In this document: piece by piece, positions 34,513 through 45,070 of the stretch
Layout of the letters: every line of letters begins with the position of its first letter
Numbering within the stretch: the first letter of the stretch is position 1
From: Macrostomum lignano
Taxonomy: Eukaryota
Direction: 5' to 3'
Length of the DNA stretch: 64,000 nt
NCBI GenBank assembly: GCA_002269645.1
Contig: NIVC01000875.1
Coordinates: forward strand, 186,001-250,000
Made by a program: the position numbers and the translations under genes
Notes under the pieces: generated by a model
What the model saw: only the letters and a program-made list of their open reading frames with translations
Database searches by the model: none
Told to the model about the DNA's origin: nothing

Positions 34513-35187
34513 ACGATTAGAGTTTTGCACTCATTTAAAGCAAAATACGAGCAAAATTAATTTCTCAGATCCATTTTCGGCTTCAAATTCAAACAAAAAT
34601 AAGCACCGTTAGCTTTAATGAGTCCTGACAGTAGTATAAAATGGAACCAATGGAATCATGATCACATTCAAGGCGCAAAAGCAGCAAAGGTTGGCTGAAC
34701 AGCACTATGGCGCGATTCTTGAACTTTCAGAACTTGCAGTTACGAGTAAAAAGCCTCACTGTGAGCTCCGCAACCAACTGACAGTGTTTATCTTATCACA
34801 GTTGCTTTCGGCCTTGACGTCAGTGTCAGCTGACTCTTGGGCTGAACGCTGCTTTTCTCAAGGATCTCCGCGACTCTCTTATCGGGAAGACCTTTGGTCT
34901 GAGCTCCGGTGCACTCAGTGGCTCCAATTCTTTCTACAGTGTTTGCCTTGAAGTGCGGCCTGTGGCACTTTTTCCATTTTCGGTCTGGCCTCGCTGCGAA
35001 TCTGAAGCTCTTGTTTGGTCATCGTCTTCGTGAGACACCTCACTGGCACCCCAGTGTCCAGTTCGACCTCCGCCTGCCTCGGTCAGATGACATGCTCAGC
35101 CAGGCATTTGAACCAAATGCGAGCGTACATTTTAGGGTGCCCAGGCTAAGCCTTGATCCTACGCCCGACCTGCTCATGGATCTGATA

Positions 35188-35780
35188 CTCCCATTGGCTC
35201 TGAGGGAACAGCAGAACTGCTGCAATGTCAGTGCGTGGCTACTTAAAGCAGGCAGTGTGAGACTGTGGAATTTCTTGCGAAGTTGCTGCAATTAACATGC
35301 CAAATATGAATAATAATTTTTAGGCAGACTCCATTTATCGATCGTGAATTTCGAATTGGAAAAAAAATTGTTGCGGTGAAGCCAGATCAGTACAAAACAC
35401 ACAGGGCTTGAGCACTCTATTTTACATTAAGTGTTCAGCTCAGACTCTAACTGCTAGTCAACAGTAGTCAGTGAGTGTTTTCACAAGCTCACAGCTTTTA
35501 CTTAAGCTCAAAATTTCAAACAGACAAAAATTGTTGCGAGTCGCAACTGCACTGGCTGGAAACTTTGTCGTCGGGAAATATTTAGGTAGTTGGCAGTGCC
35601 AAAAAGCAGGAGACGAGTTGGAACTAAAAAATTCTGAAATTTACTTATCAAACCGCTGGTCAGCTGATGAGTACCTCCTGAGTTTACAGATGCCAGATTT
35701 AGCGATCTACAGGCCTTCCAGGCCTCGTTTGTTGCCCTGTTATCGCAAAACCAAAGCAGAAACCTTTGAAGTCGCAGGCA
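35188..35780 (-). promoter_or_regulatory. Orphan distal half of the type I promoter and its upstream block
   Basis: CTCCCATTGGCTCTGAGGGAACAGC onward is homologous to 6195-6870; no gene attached. Confidence 0.5.
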
Positions 35781-37670
35781 ATACTCTAAGGAAAATCTCG
35801 ACTTTCATTTGACTATAAGCTTTTTGTGATTTGAGTCTTTTGTTGAATTCGCTTAGCTGTCAATTTCAAGGACGGTGAATTTTCCCAATTCAAACTGCAG
35901 CAAGAATTTCCCATTGATTGAAACAAAGCTGGTGCCGATCAGGGCAGATTCCGTCTGCGTGTTCGTCAGCTTCAGGGGGAGAGCAGCTGAGGCTGCGGCT
36001 GAGCGACGCGAGTTGCTGACGAAGCTCTCGAAGGCTGGCCGAATTGCAGTTACTGTGCAGACGGATCTAAGAGACTGGATAATCCAAGATAATCTAAGTG
36101 TAGAGAGTATTACTTGTGGTACTAGCTCGCTGCCACAACCGCAAGAAATCTAGCGTCGTAAATTTGTTTTAGTTGGATCTCTAGCTTAGAGCACGGCTTA
36201 AGAGTTGCGATATCCGAGCAAGAAAATGTATTCCAGAATTAATGGGCGCTCATTTCACGATTTACCAAAAGGATGTCGGACTGCAGCTGCATTTTGCACG
36301 CAGTTTAATCAGCTCAGGTGCTTTCACGCAGTTAGTCGATTTTTATTAGACTGAATAACAGAGAAAGTCAAACAAATTATTAAAGGAAAGACAGCTGGTT
36401 AGTTCGGGTCTGGGGCCTCGGGTGTTGAGCTTTTAAGAAACTGGAAAGTTTTCTCACTCGAGTCTGGCCGGGATGGGGGCCGCAGACTCTCGAATGGGCT
36501 CTCGTGATCCACCGGGTGGGAGAAGGGAAATTGGGGTCACAGAGTTGAGCCAGCAGGTGAGAAGCCAAAGCCGGGTGACGTATTTTTAAATCATTGAAAC
36601 ATTTTTCACTGACCGTAAAAATACAGTTGTTCTGGTAAAGTCGCGGGAATATGTCTTGCATTATAACAAAGTATAGCAGCTTTCAATAGAAGTTTTCCAA
36701 TTGAAGTTTCTGGAAAAGCGATAGAAATTCAACAGTGTACTTTTATGGAATATTCTGGAATCCTCAGTCTGTGGGTTCCTCAGTTTCAGGGAAAGAGCAG
36801 CTGAGGCTGCGGCTGAGCGGCCCGAGTTGCTGCCGAAAGTCTCGAATCCTTGCCGAGTTGCAGCTGCTGTGCAGAGGTATCTACTTTGTCAATGAAGTTG
36901 GTATTCTTGCACCGAGTTATCAAAATTGAGGGATTCCGAGCGTAAATTTCATAGAATTTACTTTAAGTAGTCACTGTCACACCATTAATTTGCGCTAAAG
37001 AAAAAGAACAATCTCTGTATCGTAACAGTCGGTCGGGAATTTTTGCTTTCTTCTATCACAGTTACTCTGCTTTTTAGATGTCCAAGGGAGACGCTCAGCT
37101 GAGGTGACAGTCACTGCTGGCTTTCCAGTAAAGCGACAAACGCTTGTAAATGCAAATTTATTTATTCTTTTTAGAGCCGTCAGACAGGCTGACTCTGTCC
37201 TAGCTGCAGTTAAACAAATTATTTTTGCATGATTTTAAAATTGTTGTTTTCTAAGAAACGTAAACGGTGCTTGCTTTGAGATTTGAGAGGCAATTAATAA
37301 AATACCAAACGAGTATTGAGCTGCCTTGGAAATTTTCAGCAGATGGAGTGAATGCCTTCCGGTGGAGCTGAGCAGCGCCGTCTTGGAGGAGGCAATGAGG
37401 GAGAGTGAGAGAGGAAAGGTAGAGTGGGTAGAGGAAGAAGAGAGGAAAGGTGGAGTGGGGAGAAACAGAGAGGGAGAGTGTTAGAGAAAAAGGTAGATTG
37501 GTAAAAACACAAAGAGTGATGAAAGAGAGAAGAGGCTTGGATCTGAGAGCACACCACAGACAGGTTAAGCAGGTTTAATAACCCATAAACTTGAAACACT
37601 CAGCAGCACATCGAATTGATTCTTTTCGAATTGAAATGAGGCTCTGAGTTCATGAGATGGTCTGGTCCGA

Positions 37671-38031
37671 TTTTTTTTTATTAGAGGCAGGGGGGTTGTG
37701 TGCACCCTGGCGCACTTTAAGCGACATAGGCACACAACCGGCGAGAGGCATTACTGCCCATTCCGCCGACTCCCCTGAGCAGGCATACAAGCGCGCGGAT
37801 ACGTACGCAGGCACACACTCACACAGGAGTGTACAGCGGCCCTAACTTTATCAATTGTTAGGCATGTACACTTCACTGCGCCTTGGGGGGTTGGCTCTCA
37901 AGGCCGTTAATTGCACAAGCGAGCCAAGCCGAAATTCCAATTCAGCCCCAAATTAATGTGGCTGCACTTGGAATCGAGCCTGGGTCGCTGGCACACCAGA
38001 GCAGCTGCGCTACCGCTGGGCTACGGCCCCC
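37671..38031 (-). mobile_element. tRNA-derived SINE (about 360 bp)
   Basis: Minus strand starts GGGGGCCGTAGCCCAGCGGTAG (A box, 38013-38023), has GGCTCGATTCC (B box, 37970-37980) and ends TAATAAAAAAAAA (37671-37683). The cloverleaf is degenerate, so it is not a functional tRNA. Confidence 0.7.
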
Positions 38032-38314
38032 CTTCCTCTTGTCCGAAAAAATCTGCTACAAAATTGAGCCCCAGCGTTTCTCCTTTATCCTCCCTTCCCC
38101 TGACCTCTCCGGTCTCTCCCACTCTCCTGCTTCCATGCCATCTGTGCTGAAGTTTCAATTCTCCTTGCAAGTCATTGCTAAGTTCCAGCAATAATCTACT
38201 GCATTCTGTTGACTCAAGAATCCAGTCATGCTAATTTAGTAAGTAGCATATAAGTAGTAAGAAAGCAGGAGTACTGGAGTACGCTGGGCGAAAATATCAT
38301 GAAGTTCAATTGCT

Positions 38315-38950
38315 GATGAGCAGTTCTCCTTTGAGCAGTCCCTGCACAGTCTGAGCAGTTTCCGTTTGAGCAGTCCCTGCACAGTCTGAGCAGTTCTCCT
38401 TTGAGCAGTCCCTGCACAGTCTGAGCAGTTCCCATTTGAGCAGTCCCTGCACAGTCTGAGCAGTTCTCCTTTGAGCAGTCCCTGCACAGTCTGAGCAGTT
38501 TCCGTTTGAGCAGTCCCTGCGCAGTCTGAGCAGTTCTCCTTTGAGCAGTCCCTGCACAGTCTGAGCAGTTCCCCTTTGAGCAGTCCCTGCACAGTCTGAG
38601 CAGTTCTCCTTTGAGCAGTCCCTGCACAGTCTGAGCAGTTCTCCTTTGAGCAGTCCCTGCACAGTCTGAGCAGTTTCCGTTTGAGCAGTCCCTGCGCAGT
38701 CTGAGCAGTTCTCCTTTGAGCAGTCCCTGCACAGTCTGAGCAGTTCCCCTTTGAGCAGTCCCTGCACAGTCTGAGCAGTTCTCCTTTGAGCAGTCCCTGC
38801 ACAGTCTGAGCAGTTTCCCTTTGAGCAGTCCCTGCACAGTCTGAGCAGTTTCCCTTTGAGCAGTCCCTGCACAGTCTGAGCAGTTTCCCTTTGAGCAGTC
38901 CCTGCACAGTCTGAGCAGTTTCCCTTTGAGCAGTCCCTACAGTATGAGCA
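38315..38950. repeat. 35-bp minisatellite, about 18 copies
   Basis: Unit TGAGCAGTTCTCCTTTGAGCAGTCCCTGCACAGTC. Confidence 0.95.
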
Positions 38951-39107
38951 GTTCCCCTCACCCTGAATCCGCAGCCCACCCCAGCTCCATCCCAGCCACA
39001 GTGCTCAAACGCTGAAACATTCGGAGGCGAGCGGCTTTGATGACAATGTTAAAAGCTTGCCTTTCAATCACTGGAGATAAAAGGTTTTTAAATAAAAAAT
39101 TCAAAAA

Positions 39108-39438
39108 ATGACAAAAAATACTTTTCTGCAAGATTTAGCTATTGAGCTGGAGATTCCAAACTTCGGAGGGGTCTTTATGAGATGCGCTTCCCAAATCCTC
39201 AATCAACACCATAAGAAAGGAATGCGGTGTCATGAACTTTGACACCTCTGACAAACCAGGTTCTCATTGGGTTTCCTGGATGATTGATCCAGATCGCAAG
39301 CATAAATGCTACTATGAGCTAGCGCACTTTGACTGTTACGGAACGGCTCCAACTGAAGGATTTAGAAATTACTTCATACTTGAAAATCTTATCAGCGACA
39401 TCTGCGGTGAGCTCTGCATGACTTTTTATATGCAATGA
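39108..39438 (+). pseudogene. Adenain-like cysteine protease remnant of Polinton/Maverick (adintovirus) type
   Basis: MTKNTFLQDLAIELEIPNFGGVFMR/DALPKSSINTIRKECGVMNFDTSDKPGSHWVSW...FDCYG...SDICGELC. Frameshift near 39180 and an apparent deletion before the catalytic Cys. Matches the F-x-GVFMRD / N-x-D-x-S-x-x-PGSHWV / FD-x-YG / CG-x-x-C pattern. Confidence 0.75.
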
Positions 39439-40096
39439 CCAAAACCAAAAAGAGCTATGGGATTTATTCTAGGGCTTAGATGTTGATTTCGTTTTTGAGT
39501 GTATAAAGGCGAATTGGCAGAATTTTCTAAGTTTTTTCAGTCCTATTTAGCATTTCGTTGTACTGAGCATGCTACTTACTATTAGTAGGCTCTAAACAAC
39601 TTCAGGCTGTCCTGGACTGTCTAGGAAAAATCTCGCATCATTTTTTCTAACAGCTTTCGTACGCGAAAAACTCCGTCCTCTGTGCGGCGCCCAGCCGTGA
39701 GTTGAGGGCTGGGGTTGGGGCTGTGCGCTGTTCTCGCTCTCACACCGGAGCGGAAAAACAGCGGCCTCTACTCGCCCCGACCCCAGCTGTCCAAGCAGAC
39801 CAGTAGAGCTCAATTCCCAGAGGACAATGGCGAAGCTGAGGTTTGCGGGCCGAGCCAGCAGCCTGCGAACGCGTGACAAAAGACTCGCCAAGTCTTTTGG
39901 CGAGGAGGGGGGGGGGGGGGGGGTTGACAGCAGCACAAAGACAAACTGCTTGAGCGCTAACCCTGCCCCGCTCACATCATTCACTGCTTTGCATTGCGCC
40001 TGTGCGTTCGCTTTGACAATAAAATTCACTGCCTTGGATACTCGGGAGATGCCTTGATGCCAAGATGCCTTGCACTCATAATAGGACGTTTAGATG

Positions 40097-40320
40097 TAGG
40101 GTGAGGGGCAGGGAGATAGACAGGATGGGATGCAGGGTGAGGGGTAGGGAGAGAGACAGGCTGGGATGCAGGGTGAGAGGCAAGGAGAGAGACAGGCTGG
40201 GATGCAGGGTGAGGGGTAGGGAGAGAGACAGGCTGGGATGCAGGGTGAGAGGCAAGGAGAGAGACAGGCTGGGATGCAGGGTGAGGGGCAGGGAGAGAGA
40301 CAGGCTGGGATGCAGGGTGG
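40097..40320. repeat. 36-bp G-rich minisatellite, about 6 copies
   Basis: Unit GGGTGAGGGGTAGGGAGAGAGACAGGCTGGGATGCA. Confidence 0.9.
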
Positions 40321-40659
40321 GTGCAGGGTTGGCCGCTGGCCAATGGGAGGGGCCAATATCAATAAATATCGATACTGATTGGACCGCCAGTCTGTCAGTC
40401 CAAAAATACTTGCAAATCCCCCCAAACAATATCGCTTACAGTAAGCTACTCATAGTACTCAGGAGAAATATCATTTGCCCTGAAAGAGAAGGGCTGCATG
40501 GAATTTTTCAGATGTCAGTTCGCACCTGAAGATTCGCTATGCCAGATTAATTATTTTACTCAAAAGCGCTGCACTGCCTTGAGTCGCGCCTTGGGGCTCT
40601 GGGGGGTGGGCGCTCAGTTTTGGAATTTTCCAGCGTCTCTTCGATGCACTTCACTCTGC

Positions 40660-40682
40660 ATCTCTCTCTCTCTGTCTCTCTC

Positions 40683-40743
<61 letters not shown>
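40660..40743. repeat. (CT)n microsatellite
   Basis: Direct reading. Confidence 0.95.
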
Positions 40744-40745
<2 letters not shown>

Positions 40746-41334
40746 GCTCAGCTTGTGTTTTGTTGCGCACCTGTAAAAATCCATTTCTATTGCACATTTG
40801 AGTCCGCCTCTTCATCGGTTTCATTGTCCTGTAAAATTTGGCTTGTAAAAAACTGGCTTGTCAAGCATTCTGTTGCATTTTGTAGCAGCTGCTCGCGCAG
40901 CTCGTGTTTTGTTTAGTCCCCTGAGCAGACGCTCTATCTTTCTTTTTTTGATTTTACTGCTATTTTTTGCATGGGTTTGGAATCACAGATTTGTGCGATC
41001 ATGTGCCATAATAAAATATCTCATTCACACAGCCATTGCTTATGTGCCATAACAACATTGCTGTTTCTAATGTGTTTCCCTCATTATCTCCCTTTCACAC
41101 ACCCCCTCTCACCCATCCTCTTCTCACCCATCTCTATTTTAGAACGATTTCCAGCTCAGATTCCATCAGCCATCAGCTCGGTGCCTGCCCAGGACATTGC
41201 GGGACTCAGATATGGGCTGATTTTGGAGTCCACACAGTTTATCTGTGCACTGCGGCTGCCTGCCTTTTTATTACATTTTGCATTCGTTGATCAGCACTTC
41301 AGCATTTCACTGCTGAGATTTGTCAACTCGACAG

Positions 41335-42285
41335 CTCAGCTTCTCTATTCTCCATCAGATCCTAGCTCAGCTTCTCTATTCTCCATCAGATCCCAGCTCA
41401 GCTTCTCTATTCTCCATCAGATCCCAGCTCAGCTTCTCTATTCTCCATCAGATCCCAGCTCAGCTTCTCTATTCTCCATCAGATCCCAGCTCAGCTTCTC
41501 TATTCTCCATCAGATCCCAGCTCAGCTTCTCTATTCTCCATCAGATCCCAGCTCAGCTTCTCTATTCTCCATCAGATCCCAGCTCAGCTTCTCTATTTTC
41601 AATCAGATCCCAGCTCAGCTTCTCTATTCTCCATCAGATCCCAGCTCAGCTTCTCTATTTTCAATCAGATCCCAGCTCAGCTTCTCTATTCTCCATCAGA
41701 TCCCAGCTCAGCTTCTCTATTCTCCATCAGATCCTAGCTCAGCTTCTCTATTCTCCATCAGATCCCAGCTCAGCTTCTCTATTCTCCATCAGATCCCAGC
41801 TCAGCTTCTCTATTTTCAATCAGATTCCAGCTCAGCTTCTCTATTCTCCATCAGATCCCAGTTCAGCTTCTCTATTTTCAATCAGATCCCAGCTCAGCTT
41901 CTCTATTCTCCATCAGATCCCAGCTCAGCTTCTCTATTTTCAATCAGATCCCAGCTCAGCTTCTCTATTCTCCATCAGATCCCAGCTCAGCTTCTCTATT
42001 CTCCATCAGATCCTAGCTCAGCTTCTCTATTCTCCATCAGATCCCAGCTCAGCTTCTCTATTCTCCATCAGATCCCAGCTCAGCTTCTCTATTTTCAATC
42101 AGATTCCAGCTCAGCTTCTCTATTCTCCATCAGATCCCAGCTCAGCTTCTCTATTCTCCATCAGATCCCAGCTCAGCTTCTCTATTTTCAATCAGATTCC
42201 AGCTCAGCTACTCTATTCTCCATCAGATCCCAGCTCAGCTTCTCTATTTTCAATCAGATTCCAGCTCAGCTACTCTATTCTTTAT
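41335..42285. repeat. 31-bp minisatellite, about 30 copies
   Basis: Unit CCCAGCTCAGCTTCTCTATTCTCCATCAGAT. Confidence 0.95.
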
Positions 42286-42744
42286 CAGCTCCTAACTCAG
42301 ACCTTTCTGAGCACAGAAGCAAAGTTGCAGTGGGGGCAGGCAGGGTGCTGAAGCACAATGCAGAGTCTCCATTGTGCAAGGCTGGGCTGCAACTCATTCG
42401 GGAGCAGCCGCCACTGCAGCCTCAGACAGCTCAGGTGTGCGCTGCTCATCTCTGCAGCCTCATCGCTAATTAAATCTTGATTTGGCAACGGCTTCAAAAT
42501 ACCTGACTAAAATGTGCGATATCGGAAAAAGGCTGACACGGACAATTCTCAGTGCCCCTGTCATCTCATGTTGAGATCTCTGACTGTCTCAGTCTCAGAT
42601 TTGCTGAGTTGTCTTTGCTGCGTGCCCCACCTGCTGCCGCTCCGACTCCGCCTCCTCTGAGTTGCATTGTCTACGAGCTATGATCTATGATATTTTTCTG
42701 TGGCCGATGTTAGGGTTGCAGGTCTGCCTGCCACATTTTAGGCT

Positions 42745-43190
42745 CCCTACAGCTGGCTCTACTCTCCCTACAGCTGGCTCTACTCTCCCTACAGCTGGCT
42801 CTACTCTCCCTACAGCTGGCTCTACTCTCCCTACAGCTGGCTCTACTCTCCCTACAGCTGGCTCTACTCTCCCTACAGCTGGCTCTACTCTCCCTACAGC
42901 TGGCTCTACTCTCCCTACAGCTGGCTCTACTCTCCCTACAGCTGGCTCTACTCTCCCTACAGCTGGCTCTACTCTCCCTACAGCTGGCTCTACTCTCCCT
43001 ACAGCTGGCTCTACTCTCCCTACAGCTGGCTCTACTCTCCCTACAGCTGGCTCTACTCTCCCTACAGCTGGCTCTACTCTCCCTACAGCTGGCTCTACTC
43101 TCCCTACAGCTGGCTCTACTCTCCCTACAGCTGGCTCTACTCTCCCTACAGCTGGCTCTACTCTCCCTACAGCTGGCTCTACTCTCTCTG
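42745..43190. repeat. 21-bp minisatellite (CCTACAGCTGGCTCTACTCTC), about 21 copies
   Basis: Homogeneous tandem array; the paralogous site at 26915-26950 has only about 2 degenerate units. Confidence 0.95.
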
Positions 43191-44125
43191 CAGCAGAAAT
43201 TTGAGCATCTCACTCTCTCCCAATTCCCCAATTTCATTTCCATTTTTATCAGCAGTTGAGTTATGCAAACACGGCAGCCACTCAGTGCTGAGAGTCGGGC
43301 AGTTCCGGTATGCTAGAGAGTCACATGAGTATATTTGAGTAAGTTATCATAAAAATTCACAAAATAGCGACGGCCTCTGATGGCAAACAGAAAAGAGCTT
43401 GAGTACAGATTGGAATTTGAGCAGCTAAACTGCTAGAGGGAGGGCGCAGAGAGTGAAATAGTGTTGGGGCAGAGATAAAAAAGTTGGCGCTTAAAATGAC
43501 AAAAGCTCATGGGTGCATCAGGCACTCAGTCACAGGGGAATTGAAGCAGTCCAAACCTCTGTCAGCTGTAAATTTATACGAGTAGAATACATGTACATGT
43601 AGGTATAGCATATGATCGTAGATAATGTGAAAATTCAAGAAGTGAGAGCTCAAGACAATGATTGGAAAAGTTTGAAAACTCTAAAATTTGAGCAGCACAG
43701 TTAAATATTTGAGCCAAGTTGAATTAACACATGTTCAACACATTTGCAAAATCCATTGAGAGATCTCAGGAATTTTCAGTCCGCTAAAAATCAATCAAAT
43801 CCTGTCTGTGACATTTTAGAAATCACAAATACTCGTTAAAGTACAGAAATATCACAGACAGTTTCACAATGTCTAATAATAATTTAGTATGTTATACACC
43901 CACGCTAAAGTACAAAGTAAAAAATAAAAGTACATACGAAGATATCAAAACATTCGTTAAATGGAAAAAACAAACACGAACTGAAGCACCTAAAGAAAAT
44001 TAGAAAATGTTCGAAAGCCAAGTGCAACGACTACTTAACGACAAAGTTATTAAGTAGTCCTTGGCCAAGTACTGTACATGGACGCAAAACTGTCAACAGA
44101 AATTTTATTTTACGTATAACATAAA

Positions 44126-45070
44126 TCAACGATTCAAAGAATTTTTCGCCATGAACTCGTGTCCCATCAGATCCAGAGCAGACTTTCTGCTTTTGCGGTC
44201 CATGGCGGTGCAGCGGCTGTAGAAGTCCTGCAGCTCTGCGGACCGGCCGTCCGGCAGGGCGGGGGCGCCCCTCCTGTCGATCAGCTGGGCCATTTCTAAG
44301 AAGCTCCTGGCGTTCGCGAACGGCCTCGCGCCGGACGCCATCTGGAAGACCGAGCAGCCGAACGCCCAGATGTCCGACTCTCTGCTGTACTGCACACTGT
44401 CCGACTCTCCCGCTCCGAGCAGCTCTGGCGCCATGAAGTTCAGAGTGCCTTTGGGTGACTGAGTGGAGGCTGATATGTGGCTGACTGACTGCTCCAGCTT
44501 GATTGACAGGCCGAAGTCGATCAGCTTGATTCGCGTGTTGTCAGCACAAACAATTATGTTCGAGCAGTTGATGTCTCTGTGGATCACGGGCGGCTGCCGG
44601 CTGTGCAGGTAGAGCAGCGCGCGGCAGATCTGCGAGCGGTCGGTCAGTGAGCAGTCATCATTCATGAGAACATGGAACAGTAGCATCAAGGATGCACAAT
44701 TCTCACCTGCTCGCTGAAGTTCCGAATCGTCGGCTCGTTCAGCGGCTTGTTGTCGATAAGCCTCTCCAAGCTCCGGCCGTCCAGCAGCTCCATGAACACA
44801 ACGACTGTAGCGGGCTCCGGCTGAGCGATGTGCAAGAACCTGACGATGTTGCGATGCCGCAGTCGGCACAGGTTTCTCTCGCTCTCGACAGCTCTGTGGA
44901 TCTCTGAGCTTACAGAGGGCAGCTCATCACCGAGCTGCACAGGCAGTCTGAGAGTCTTGGCAGCGCACGTGACGCCCGTGTCAGTTCGAACTTCCTGGAC
45001 TTCGCCGAAGCCTCCGCGGCCGATGAGGCGAACGGCGTCCCAGCGCTTCAGGAACAGGGGGCCTTCGGGT
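44126..45070 (-). CDS. Gene D kinase domain
   Basis: LIGRGGFGEV, AAK, HRDINCSN, DFG, GTLNFMAPE; intron 44630-44706. Confidence 0.92.

Noticed and set aside
32608-34612. 431-628 aa repetitive ORFs (SGSIHWFV / SISESL), superficially like Ser-rich adhesins
   Set aside because: They coincide exactly with two satellites whose copy numbers differ greatly at the paralogous locus.
38226-43243. Cys-rich and Ser/Leu-rich repetitive ORFs (CSDCAGTAQ, IPAQLLYSPSD, STLPTAG)
   Set aside because: Translations of the 35-, 31- and 21-bp satellites.
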